DNA of 64,000 bases from a virus. Positions 29,081-37,498 of this stretch are shown here, piece by piece (the first letter of the stretch is position 1; each line of letters begins with the position of its first letter). The stretch is from positions 64,001-128,000 of the IMG/VR virus record IMGVR_UViG_3300040856_003274, one strand, 5' to 3'. Below the pieces are notes generated by a model. It was not told the DNA's origin. It was given only the letters and a program-made list of their open reading frames with translations, and made no database searches. The position numbers were made by a program, and so were the translations under genes.

Positions 29081-29145
29081 GTCCCGACAGAAAAGCCCCC
29101 ACCGCCCAACCTGTTAAAAGCAGGTTAGAACGGCGGGGGCTTTTG
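29081..29145 (-). terminator. Hairpin + TTTTC-TGTCGGGA element (probably bidirectional terminator)
   Basis: AAAAGCCCCC...GGGGGCTTTT between convergent genes; same family as the element at 2021. Confidence 0.7.
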
Positions 29146-29230
29146 CTTAGTCTCTACCATCCGATCTGCACTAGGGCATCTCAGAGGGTAGAGGCTTAAG
29201 GTTTACAACATCAGCTTTTCGGGTGTGCTA

Positions 29231-29815
29231 CTACAGGATTACGACCGCATGAGGGTCGTCAATCTTGTAGGTTCTGTATTGCTCGGTGAGGAGCTTTCCG
29301 CGTGTTCGGATCACGCTCTTGAGCGCGTCTTTGACATACGTCAGACGACGCTTATTTGGAGCGGGCGGGTCTTGATCCTTAACGACAATCGAGCTTGAGA
29401 GCTTCCTACCTCTCAGGTAGAAGGACCCGTTGTGCTCTGTGAAGTTAATCCCGTTGATGATAACACTATTGCCCCATGTTACTTGGGGTTGAAGGTCGTT
29501 TGCGGTGAGCACAAGGCTCTCTAGCACACCTTTAGTGCGAACCTTGGAGGCGCGGTCGCCAATGAAGGCTACCGCCCACTCCTCATCGCTACAAGGCGCG
29601 TGACCCTGTGCGACGAGGATCGCGTCTGTCTCAGCGCGTACTGCTACAGCATCTGCTTGGATGCTTTGCAGATGCGCTAAGTCTTTCTCAGCGTCACCCT
29701 TGTAATCGGGTGAGAGATCTAGACTAACCTTAACGACGTGCTGTCCATATCGGACTTTAGAGCCCGCCTTACCGCGCTCGACTCCCTTTAGCTGTGTTTG
29801 AAAAGTCACGATCAT
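29231..29815 (-). CDS. Hypothetical protein
   Basis: 194 aa ORF with CAGGAG RBS inside the conserved intergenic module. Confidence 0.8.
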   Translation of the reverse strand: MIVTFQTQLKGVERGKAGSKVRYGQHVVKVSLDLSPDYKGDAEKDLAHLQSIQADAVAVRAETDAILVAQGHAPCSDEEWAVAFIGDRASKVRTKGVLESLVLTANDLQPQVTWGNSVIINGINFTEHNGSFYLRGRKLSSSIVVKDQDPPAPNKRRLTYVKDALKSVIRTRGKLLTEQYRTYKIDDPHAVVIL

Positions 29816-29952
29816 GTGACAACTCCTGTAATGTTAAGGGGCTCGTAATGAGCCTCTGTTTAAGATTAAGGAAGTCTCAGAGACTCCCGACACCTCAAGC
29901 CCTCACCTCCTAAACTGCTTAGAGCAGAATAGGTGGTGAGGGTTAAGGTGTT
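29816..29952 (-). other. Conserved structured intergenic module (long hairpin, TGTCGGGAG hairpin, GGCTCATTACGAG hairpin, RBS)
   Basis: Highly similar to 31016-31148 on the opposite strand. Confidence 0.75.
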
Positions 29953-29962
29953 GGCCTTATTA

Positions 29963-30337
29963 TTAGCGGTAAAGATCGACCATAGCGAGCACAACAAAGA
30001 TGTAGAGCGCCTGATAAGCGTCCTTGTCGCTAAGAGCGCTGAGACGCTCAGCGTGCTCAGGGGTCACGTCGCTATACTCGCCATCAAGTCCTCCGAGCCA
30101 CTCGATAAGCGTGTCTTGAGGATAGTGTCTTGTATCCATAGACATGATCTCGTTTACGCAATCATAGACCACATAATCGTTACCGTACCAATCTATGCCC
30201 ACAAGAGCCTCCCACTGCTCGTAAGGTGGAGGTGCGGTCTTGCTCTTCATTTCGTGTATGAGGCGCAGGTTGATGTTGCCGACTTTGGTCTTAAGACCTT
30301 GAAGCGCGTACTTGCGCTGTCCGTTGTGTGTAGCCAT
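29963..30337 (-). CDS. Hypothetical protein
   Basis: 124 aa ORF with GGAG RBS, downstream of promoter motif copy 5. Confidence 0.8.
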   Translation of the reverse strand: MATHNGQRKYALQGLKTKVGNINLRLIHEMKSKTAPPPYEQWEALVGIDWYGNDYVVYDCVNEIMSMDTRHYPQDTLIEWLGGLDGEYSDVTPEHAERLSALSDKDAYQALYIFVVLAMVDLYR

Positions 30338-30390
30338 TGGTTATCTCCAAGTGTGGCTGTTATGGGGAACGGTATTGCCCCCCTATACCT

Positions 30391-30421
30391 ACTCTACGGA
30401 TTACTTTTTTCCCCCGACATT
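30391..30421 (-). promoter_or_regulatory. Conserved promoter-like motif copy 5
   Basis: Reverse complement reads AATGTCGGGGGAAAAAAGTAATCCG-TAGAGT. Confidence 0.75.
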
Positions 30422-30440
30422 TAGGCCGAGAGCGCACTGG

Positions 30441-30530
30441 CGTGTGCGCGTACCCATGCGCGTGTGCGCGTACCCATGCGCGTATGCGCGTACCCATGCG
30501 CGTATGCGCGTACCCATGCGCGTATGCGCG
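30441..30530. repeat. 20-bp tandem repeat CGT(G/A)TGCGCGTACCCATGCG, about 4.5 copies
   Basis: Directly visible; largely alternating purine/pyrimidine. Confidence 0.88.
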
Positions 30531-30540
30531 GTAATATTAA

Positions 30541-30583
30541 CGTATAGAATTGAGACATTTAATCGGTTTGTTAATTCTATATG
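30541..30583. promoter_or_regulatory. Inverted repeat CGTATAGAATT-N21-AATTCTATATG
   Basis: Same architecture as 11168-11210. Confidence 0.65.
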
Positions 30584-30621
30584 TGTGCTATGCGGGCGCG
30601 TGCGTATCGAGCGTGAGCCTT

Positions 30622-30652
30622 AATGTCGGGGGAAAAAAGTAATCCGTAATGT
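30622..30652 (+). promoter_or_regulatory. Conserved promoter-like motif copy 6
   Basis: AATGTCGGGGGAAAAAAGTAATCCG-TAATGT. Confidence 0.75.
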
Positions 30653-30719
30653 TATTAGAGAGGGGGGACAATCTTCCCTAACATTAACCGACCTAGGGTC
30701 GTTACATGAGGAGCTACGC

Positions 30720-30998
30720 ATGAAAGCGCAACTCAAAACACTTGCTACACTTTTCCTGATGGTTGTTTCAGCAACAACCATTATCGTGCATAAATATCGG
30801 GAGTACGCCGACAGTGACGCGCACACTTGTGTTGAAGCGTACCGCACTAGCGGTCACGCCCACATCAAGTTTAAAAGTGTTTCGCACCATTACAATTGGT
30901 GCGACTTGCACATTAACGATTGGTATGAGTTATCAGTACCAATCGTCCAGATCAAAGCTGACGAGATCCGAGCCCGTAAGGGATATGTGAGCAAGTAA
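30720..30998 (+). CDS. Hypothetical protein with N-terminal TM/signal segment
   Basis: GAGGAG RBS; hydrophobic N-terminus; two Cys. Confidence 0.75.
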   Translation: MKAQLKTLATLFLMVVSATTIIVHKYREYADSDAHTCVEAYRTSGHAHIKFKSVSHHYNWCDLHINDWYELSVPIVQIKADEIRARKGYVSK

Positions 30999-31015
30999 AC
31001 CTAAACCTTAACCCT

Positions 31016-31148
31016 CACCTTAACCCTCACCCTCTGAGATGCCCTAGTGCAGATCAGAAGGTGAGGGCTTGAGGTGTCGGGAGTCCTCGCGACTCCCTTA
31101 ACCTTAAACGTGGGCTCATTACGAGTCCTAACCTTACAGGAGAGTAGC
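31016..31148 (+). other. Conserved structured intergenic module (second copy)
   Basis: GGTGAGGGCTTGAGGTGTCGGGAGTC...CCTTAACCTTAAAC..GGCTCATTACGAG...TTACAGGAG matches the reverse complement of 29816-29952. Confidence 0.75.
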
Positions 31149-31505
31149 ATGAGCGCGACCTTCGATAAGCCAAATGATCCTCATCGTGTCGTCTTAGACG
31201 ACGAGGGCAATCCCCTCTCGGAGGACACTATCGTATATGTGTCTCTGTATACTACAGTGCGCCTCTATGGAGGCCCTGAAGAGGGTGGTTGGTGGTATAA
31301 CCACCACGATTTATCTCTTACAATCCCTGTGCGCAACCGCGCTGAGGAGATCGCAAAGCTCCACGATTATATGGAGCAATACGCTACTGAGCAGGAGTTG
31401 TTCGGTGGCGATATATACTCCGTTTGCGGAGGGCAAGAGGCGTGGAGTTGCGTGGAGGCCCGCCCAGGGGAGTCTCAAACTACAGAGCGCCCACGATACG
31501 AGTGA
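31149..31505 (+). CDS. Phage hypothetical protein with YGGPEEGGWWY motif
   Basis: Start moved to the ATG at 31149 (CAGGAG RBS); ends with RPRYE. Confidence 0.8.
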   Translation: MSATFDKPNDPHRVVLDDEGNPLSEDTIVYVSLYTTVRLYGGPEEGGWWYNHHDLSLTIPVRNRAEEIAKLHDYMEQYATEQELFGGDIYSVCGGQEAWSCVEARPGESQTTERPRYE

Positions 31506-31528
31506 TCAACAACCCTTCATCAAGGCTT

Positions 31529-31598
31529 AACACCTCAAACCCTCACCTTCTGATCTGCTTTAAGCAGTTTAGACGGTGGGGGTTTAAGTGTCGGGAGT
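31529..31598 (+). terminator. Hairpin + TGTCGGGAG element
   Basis: AAACCCTCACC...GGTGGGGGTTT stem, similar to the elements at 29882-29952 and 31016-31085. Confidence 0.65.
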
Positions 31599-31644
31599 TT
31601 AAATATTTCTTTTGTAATCTTACTCACACAGAGGAGGTGCTACC

Positions 31645-32124
31645 ATGTTAGACCCGAAACACCTAGTAGACTTATACTTAACCAAGACCGCAGGCAAGAA
31701 ACCTAAGCGAGCTGTGCCTAGTAAGTACACGAAAGGCTTACCTAAGAGCGTAAAAGAGAAGCGCGAGGGTCAGATTAGAAATAGATTAAAAGGCAAGGCT
31801 AAGGACATATATAAACCTTTAGCAGGTGATAATGTTAAGACGAAACCTTCTCAATACAGTAAAACTAAGTTTGCTGAGAAGGTGCGCGAGGAGATGACAA
31901 GCAACACGAAAGACGGTTTCTTATCAGCCGCGAGTAAAGTCTCAGGTATCTCTAAAGCGATATTGACTCAAGTGCATGAGCGAGGCTCAAAGGCATGGGC
32001 AACAAGCGGTCACAAACCTGGAGCTACTCAAGTCGCATGGGCGAGAGCGCGTGTGTATTCTTTCTGCACAGGGGGCAAGACTACAAAAACAGGGGACAAA
32101 GACCTCTTTGAGAAGTTAGGGTAA
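31645..32124 (+). CDS. Basic protein resembling DUF5824
   Basis: KTKPSQYS, ILTQVHERGSKAWATSGHKPGAT, WARARVYSF, GK...GDKDL; N-terminal YLTKTA; GGAGG RBS. Confidence 0.7.
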   Translation: MLDPKHLVDLYLTKTAGKKPKRAVPSKYTKGLPKSVKEKREGQIRNRLKGKAKDIYKPLAGDNVKTKPSQYSKTKFAEKVREEMTSNTKDGFLSAASKVSGISKAILTQVHERGSKAWATSGHKPGATQVAWARARVYSFCTGGKTTKTGDKDLFEKLG

Positions 32125-32197
32125 TCTTATGTCGTGTTACTACTCAGAAGAGCTTTTAATGTGCATCTGTGAATACTTTGAGCTACTATTAGTGTAA

Positions 32198-32524
32198 TCA
32201 CCCGCTATGTGCGATAAGAGCTGCGAGAGCGCACAATAAGAGCGCCACGATACCACGCCAATTAAAGCCATAGTAGGCTGTGTTAAGGATTAGGTCTATT
32301 GTGAGGCTACACAAGCCCCATGTGACTCCTGCTTTCCATACGTCACCGACCTCTACCAGCCTCCACCAAGCATGAAGAGTGATGTAGTTGGTGAAGAGGC
32401 TAGTGTAGAGCCACCACTTAAAGGGAGTCCAGTCAAAACCGTAGATTTCTTTAGCGTTGCCCTTATACCAAAAGATTATGTTGGCAAAGCAAAGCCCTAA
32501 TGCAGGGAGGATATATGGGTTCAT
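32198..32524 (-). CDS. Small multi-pass membrane protein
   Basis: 108 aa with about 4 hydrophobic segments; starts 1 nt after the glmS stop. Confidence 0.7.
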   Translation of the reverse strand: MNPYILPALGLCFANIIFWYKGNAKEIYGFDWTPFKWWLYTSLFTNYITLHAWWRLVEVGDVWKAGVTWGLCSLTIDLILNTAYYGFNWRGIVALLLCALAALIAHSG

Positions 32525-32525
32525 A

Positions 32526-34244
32526 TCATTCCGTTGTAACGCTTTTAGCGAGGTTTCGTGGGCGGTCTACGTTCACGCCGAGTATTGTAGCGATGTGGTA
32601 GTTGATGATCTGACCGCAAATAGTAAAGAGAATGGGGTTAAGGAAGGTAAAGTTTGAGCAAGGTATCTCGACGTAATAATCAAAAACTGACTTAGTTTCT
32701 TTAGAGCACTTCTCATCTACAACACCGTATACGAGCCCGCTCCGCGCCTTAATCTCTTGTATGTTAGACACTGTTTTACTCTCGCTCTCTTTGTCCACGA
32801 AAGCAAGCGTCGGTGTGCGCTCGTCTATAAGGGCTAGAGGGCCGTGTTTAAACTCGCTCGCGCTCATACCTTCAGCGTGTATGTAGCATATCTCTTTAAT
32901 CTTAAGGGCAGTCTCTAATGCGCTAGAGATAAGAGTACCCCTAGCTACTACCATTAGGTTCTTAGCGGTGCTTATCTCTTTAGCGAGAACACTTAGTTTG
33001 TGGGAAGCTAAGAAAACTTCTCTTAAGGGGAAAGTCTCTGCGTAATCTCTAAGGTCATACGCTAAGGACAAGAGCGCGATAGCTTGATGTGTAACAGCCT
33101 TAGTAGACGCTACGCTAATCTCTTGTCCTGCTTCAATATAGAGGGAAGCATCGCAAGACCTGTCCAGGCTTGACCCTTTTGTATTATGAATAGCGAGTGA
33201 GGTGAGGCCGAGTTTCTTTACACATCGGAGAGTGTCTGCTGTCTCTCCTGATTGAGATACCGCGATGAGCAAGGTCTTCTCACCTACTGCGATGTGCTTG
33301 TCGTACTGAAGCTCTCCCGCGCTTAAGACTCTTACAGGTATTTTGTAGCGTGCTTCAAGAGCACTCGAAGCCATATGAGAAGCATATAGAGCACTACCAC
33401 AACCAGTAATGATAACTTGGTCTTTACCTTTGAAAAGCTCTCTTATATAGCAAGGATGCCTTGCGCTCATAAACATAGGGATGGAGGTTTCTTGCGAAGC
33501 AATCTCCTTGGACATGTAGTCTTTGTAACCATCTAGCCTATAGCTGTTATCTGTGTGTTCAAAAGGTCGGAACACTACACCTTTAACCTGATCCCCTGCT
33601 GAAATCTCTACCGCACAACACTCAGGTAGGTCAGCGTATAAGAAAGTATCTTCAGGTAAGCTGTTCTTATCTGAGGAGATGTAATAGCTTAAGGTTTGAG
33701 TAGCGCCTAATACGAGCGGGCTTCCCTTCTTAGCGACAAACAGGTTAAGAGGCTGGTGCGTAAAGAAACACACGATAGCGAAAGAGCCTTCTAAGAGCGC
33801 AATCGTGTCCTCAATCGCTTTGAGAGGACTACCCGACAGCTTGTACTCTCTCTCAATAAGGTTGGGGATAACCTCTGTATCTGTCTCAGAGTAAAAGTGG
33901 TGGCCCTCTTTTGAAAGTTGCTCTTTAAGGGCAAGGTGGTTTTCAATGATCCCGTTGTGAACAAGGAACACCTTACCGTTCATAGACATATGTGGGTGAG
34001 CGTTTTGCTCTGAAGGTTTTCCATGTGTCGCCCATCGGTTATGTCCTATAGCGGATTGGGTAGATGAGCCTTCTTCAGGAAGGTTCTCAGGATGCCCTAT
34101 GGTCTTCTCTAAAACTACCGCTGAGGTCGAAGTTGAGCTGGCTATCCCTGCGCTATCGTAGCCCCTATATGCGAGCTTTAAGAGCCCTTCTCTAACGACT
34201 TTATACGAGTCTTTGTGTCCTGTTGATCCAAATATACCACACAT
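32526..34244 (-). CDS. glmS: Glutamine-fructose-6-phosphate aminotransferase (isomerizing)
   Basis: N-terminal nucleophile MCGIFG (ATG 34244), YRGYDSAG, GHNRWATHG, HNGIIEN, SQSGETADT, VASTK, EFKHGP, PRNLAKSVT. Confidence 0.96.
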   Translation of the reverse strand: MCGIFGSTGHKDSYKVVREGLLKLAYRGYDSAGIASSTSTSAVVLEKTIGHPENLPEEGSSTQSAIGHNRWATHGKPSEQNAHPHMSMNGKVFLVHNGIIENHLALKEQLSKEGHHFYSETDTEVIPNLIEREYKLSGSPLKAIEDTIALLEGSFAIVCFFTHQPLNLFVAKKGSPLVLGATQTLSYYISSDKNSLPEDTFLYADLPECCAVEISAGDQVKGVVFRPFEHTDNSYRLDGYKDYMSKEIASQETSIPMFMSARHPCYIRELFKGKDQVIITGCGSALYASHMASSALEARYKIPVRVLSAGELQYDKHIAVGEKTLLIAVSQSGETADTLRCVKKLGLTSLAIHNTKGSSLDRSCDASLYIEAGQEISVASTKAVTHQAIALLSLAYDLRDYAETFPLREVFLASHKLSVLAKEISTAKNLMVVARGTLISSALETALKIKEICYIHAEGMSASEFKHGPLALIDERTPTLAFVDKESESKTVSNIQEIKARSGLVYGVVDEKCSKETKSVFDYYVEIPCSNFTFLNPILFTICGQIINYHIATILGVNVDRPRNLAKSVTTE

Positions 34245-34258
34245 AAGTTTTCTTTCCT

Positions 34259-35119
34259 TTACAGAGCAGACCAATGTTCAGGGTAAGTCCCGTCATCTTG
34301 CTCTATATTATCTAGTAATGAGTAATAAGGGCGAGGAGAGAGCTTATCGTAGCCTGGCTCGCGGGGATCAGGAAGTAGCCCGTCTTCGTAAAAGTTTTTA
34401 TCTATCACTTTAAGATTACGGGCTACGGAGAAATCTAGGTCTTTATCCTCGAAAGTCTCAGCGGTGACGATGTTAGGGGAGTCCCCTAAACGCCTTAAGA
34501 TCAAGTCCTTTTCTTGTTCGAGCTGTTCGTATAGGTCACAGAGTTTGATAATACGCGCCTCTAGCTCGTTGCGTCTAATCTTAATCTCTTGAGGGAACAC
34601 TTCTCTAATCTGAGAAACTGAGATCATCACCTCTTTGGCTTGATCCCAATAATGACCTCTCCGCCCTGTCTTGTTTTGATGGTATTTGTGGAAAGGTAGC
34701 GTGCCTTTTAAGTCTAAGGTTTGCTTTGTAGGGTCTTTTGATTGTGGAGAAGCTACTCCCCCGTAGGGATACCTTTGATAGTAAACTGTTTTACCTGAGT
34801 CCTCGTCTTTTAGAGGTACAGTGCTGTCAGGCCCTAAGAACATTGAGATGTCGAAAGGGTTACCGCCGACTGCGACATAAGCCTGTATGAGCTTATGGAT
34901 AGAAGACCCGCTATCCACTACAAGACCTAAACGGCGCTCTGTTTTCTTTGTAGGATCGGTAGGGAGGTCTTCGTAAAGGACAATCACTTCCCCTATCCTC
35001 TTTTGCTCAACGTCGATTGAGGCTAGTCTTCTAGCGGCATCTCGTCTTGCTTCGCCCACAAACTTTCGGAAAGCTCTCCATGAGCCCTCTCGGAATGTAC
35101 CTAAAAAGTTAAAGCTCAT
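34259..35119 (-). CDS. Hypothetical virion-operon protein
   Basis: Start likely the ATG at 35119 (MSFNFLG); tightly packed at the end of the structural operon. Confidence 0.75.
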   Translation of the reverse strand: MSFNFLGTFREGSWRAFRKFVGEARRDAARRLASIDVEQKRIGEVIVLYEDLPTDPTKKTERRLGLVVDSGSSIHKLIQAYVAVGGNPFDISMFLGPDSTVPLKDEDSGKTVYYQRYPYGGVASPQSKDPTKQTLDLKGTLPFHKYHQNKTGRRGHYWDQAKEVMISVSQIREVFPQEIKIRRNELEARIIKLCDLYEQLEQEKDLILRRLGDSPNIVTAETFEDKDLDFSVARNLKVIDKNFYEDGLLPDPREPGYDKLSPRPYYSLLDNIEQDDGTYPEHWSAL

Positions 35120-35120
35120 C

Positions 35121-37298
35121 TTAAAACTCCAATCCGTCAGGCAACGAGGGTAGCTCTTCGGTGTCGCTCCCTTGCTCCCCTTCACTAACGACGTTTTCTT
35201 TAATAAACTTGAAGGTGTCGATTAGGAGTGTAGGCACACCGCCAAAGACAAGCCCTACACCAGCGGAGAGATCCCTCACGTCGTCAGCAGGTTTGTTGTC
35301 AGCATTTAAGAAGTTAGTCATTAAGCCCTGACCGCCTTTTGCTTCTACAAGCAGGACATTAAAACTACTTACTGAGCCTATTCTGACTAAAAGAGCGTTT
35401 AAGAGCGCCGTTATCCTTAAGATGAAGTTTTGAAGCTCAGCGATACGGCTCTGTATAGCTTCGATGTAACCTATAATCTTCTCTACGATCCCTTTAAACC
35501 CTTTTAGGAGAGTCTCGAAGAAATCGTTAACTTGCTGGAGGATGTCCTCTACATCAGGGAATACTCTAGGGAACACTCGATAGGCTTCCCATGCGCTCTC
35601 AGGGACTGTGGAAGAGCTAACCACACTTAAGACTTTTTCAGCAGCCTCCAGCGCCGTTACCCCTAGAGCACCTTGAGTTAAAACCTCATAGACGGGCTTT
35701 TGCTCTTCATATCTACTATTAAACCTTCCGTAAAATACAGCAACGCCTGTATTTTTGCTACCCTGCCTGAGCAAGAATAACGGAGAACGGGTTTTTGCGA
35801 GCTTCTCCCCGTTCTTATATAGAGCACCTGACGGTACAAGTGTTAACTTTCCTCCCGCCGACATTTCTGATTTTCCAAAAAGGACACTTATAAATGAGCT
35901 TAGGGCAGTGCCGTACCTTTCGATAAAGTCATCACGAAAAGTCTTAGGGAGCGTAGTAAACTTCCCTAAAAGTTCTTTTGACAGGTCTGAGCTAATCTTA
36001 TCTAAGGAGTTTTCATAATACTCCAGATCAGTAATGTCGTTGAGCCCTCTAAAAGAAACCTCGTAAGTCTTTAGTATTACTTTAATACTCTGAGAACCGT
36101 ATTTACCTCCTAAAGGTGTGTTTTTACACACCATAGCAATGATCAAACTATGTTTGATGAGCTGAGTAAAGCCAGTGATGTCTACAGGCTTTTTGATCTC
36201 TAGAGGTTTTGAGATAGCGTTAAAGTTTTGCCATTCCGCATAAGAGCTTTTGATAAGCCCTGTGCGTATTCGGACATAAAAAACTCCCCTGTTGAAAACT
36301 TTTGTAGGCAAGTCTTTAAACTCAAGCGTGAGAGACACGTAATCACTCAGAGAGAACCCGTTAAAGCTACTAGATAAGTCTATTTCTTTAGTGATTTGGT
36401 AATCTTTTATGTCACGGTACTCAATCCCAGGCTTGTCTATCTGAGTGAAAAGTTGTACCTCGCTTTCAGGTAGTCCTTCTAGCTTATGTTCCCCATAAAG
36501 CACTATCTGCTTGCCCTTTGTATCTACGCAAGGGGTGACAATACCTTCTCGACTAGTCGAATGGGGAGGCCCTGCCGTGACTTTTAAAGGCATTAAGCCG
36601 TCTTTGTAGGCTGAGATGTCTACGAAAGCCTTTTCAGGTACGGGTGCGCCCTCAGGGTATTGCCAACTGATCTTAACCGCGTCAGCAGGTACACCACTGT
36701 CAGTGACACCTGCGCTACTCTTAATATTAGAGAAGCGATCCCCTACCTTTTGCAGATAAGAAAAGCTGAGGTCTGTCGCTAGCGCCGTGATCTCAGGAGC
36801 TTTTGAGCCCAAGAAGTAAGAGTCTATCTCATTAACGGTCTTTACGAATTTATGCACTAGGCTGGCGGGCGCACTGTAGTAAAAAAACAGCGCAAATACC
36901 TTCGTACTCTCGCTAAACAAGAACACGGGGTTGTTCGGGTCTGAGCTGTTAAGCATTGCCCCCGTTAAGCGTCCCTCGAACCCCTCGTACCCTCCTTCGA
37001 GTCTCTCTTGAAGAAATACTTTAGAGACATTAGTGGGGATGTCTTTATATACGTAAACACCCAAGTTACGGAGATCATTAAGTAAAGACTTAACTAAGCC
37101 GAGAAGCTCTTTAATGATGAGGTTAATCGGATTAGCGAAGTCGAAGACGAAGTTTTTAATGAGGTCTAACACGTCGTTGGCGATGTTTAGTACCTTCAGC
37201 AAAAACTCCGCTGCTTCGTTTACGCCATCTCTAACATCTTTAAGGAAGTCAGGGACGATAAGATCAGCTTTGCCCCACTCGTTTAACTGCTCCGCCAT
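35121..37298 (-). CDS. Hypothetical virion-operon protein with helical N- and C-terminal regions
   Basis: 725 aa ORF, TAATG-coupled. Confidence 0.8.
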   Translation of the reverse strand: MAEQLNEWGKADLIVPDFLKDVRDGVNEAAEFLLKVLNIANDVLDLIKNFVFDFANPINLIIKELLGLVKSLLNDLRNLGVYVYKDIPTNVSKVFLQERLEGGYEGFEGRLTGAMLNSSDPNNPVFLFSESTKVFALFFYYSAPASLVHKFVKTVNEIDSYFLGSKAPEITALATDLSFSYLQKVGDRFSNIKSSAGVTDSGVPADAVKISWQYPEGAPVPEKAFVDISAYKDGLMPLKVTAGPPHSTSREGIVTPCVDTKGKQIVLYGEHKLEGLPESEVQLFTQIDKPGIEYRDIKDYQITKEIDLSSSFNGFSLSDYVSLTLEFKDLPTKVFNRGVFYVRIRTGLIKSSYAEWQNFNAISKPLEIKKPVDITGFTQLIKHSLIIAMVCKNTPLGGKYGSQSIKVILKTYEVSFRGLNDITDLEYYENSLDKISSDLSKELLGKFTTLPKTFRDDFIERYGTALSSFISVLFGKSEMSAGGKLTLVPSGALYKNGEKLAKTRSPLFLLRQGSKNTGVAVFYGRFNSRYEEQKPVYEVLTQGALGVTALEAAEKVLSVVSSSTVPESAWEAYRVFPRVFPDVEDILQQVNDFFETLLKGFKGIVEKIIGYIEAIQSRIAELQNFILRITALLNALLVRIGSVSSFNVLLVEAKGGQGLMTNFLNADNKPADDVRDLSAGVGLVFGGVPTLLIDTFKFIKENVVSEGEQGSDTEELPSLPDGLEF

Positions 37299-37495
37299 TA
37301 CTTACCTCCACCGTTTTTTATTTTGTGGATTTGGATTTTCGCGTTGATCAGCTTTTGCTTCTCAATCTCTACCTGTCCTTCAAAAAACTTCTTAAGCTGT
37401 AAGAGGCGCTCGTAATATTCTTTGCCCGCAGGGAGATCTTTTAACTGAAGGTCTTTGTCTAGCTTGCCCCATGAGTCCTTATCGTTTCCTGACAT
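37298..37495 (-). CDS. Small coiled-coil protein
   Basis: 65 aa ORF with GGAGG RBS, coupled on both sides. Confidence 0.7.
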   Translation of the reverse strand: MSGNDKDSWGKLDKDLQLKDLPAGKEYYERLLQLKKFFEGQVEIEKQKLINAKIQIHKIKNGGGK

Positions 37496-37498
37496 AAT

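Noticed and set aside
29081-31598. Integron attC sites
   Set aside because: The hairpins lack clear RYYYAAC/GTTRRRY ends, units carry their own promoters and lie in both orientations, and no integrase is seen.
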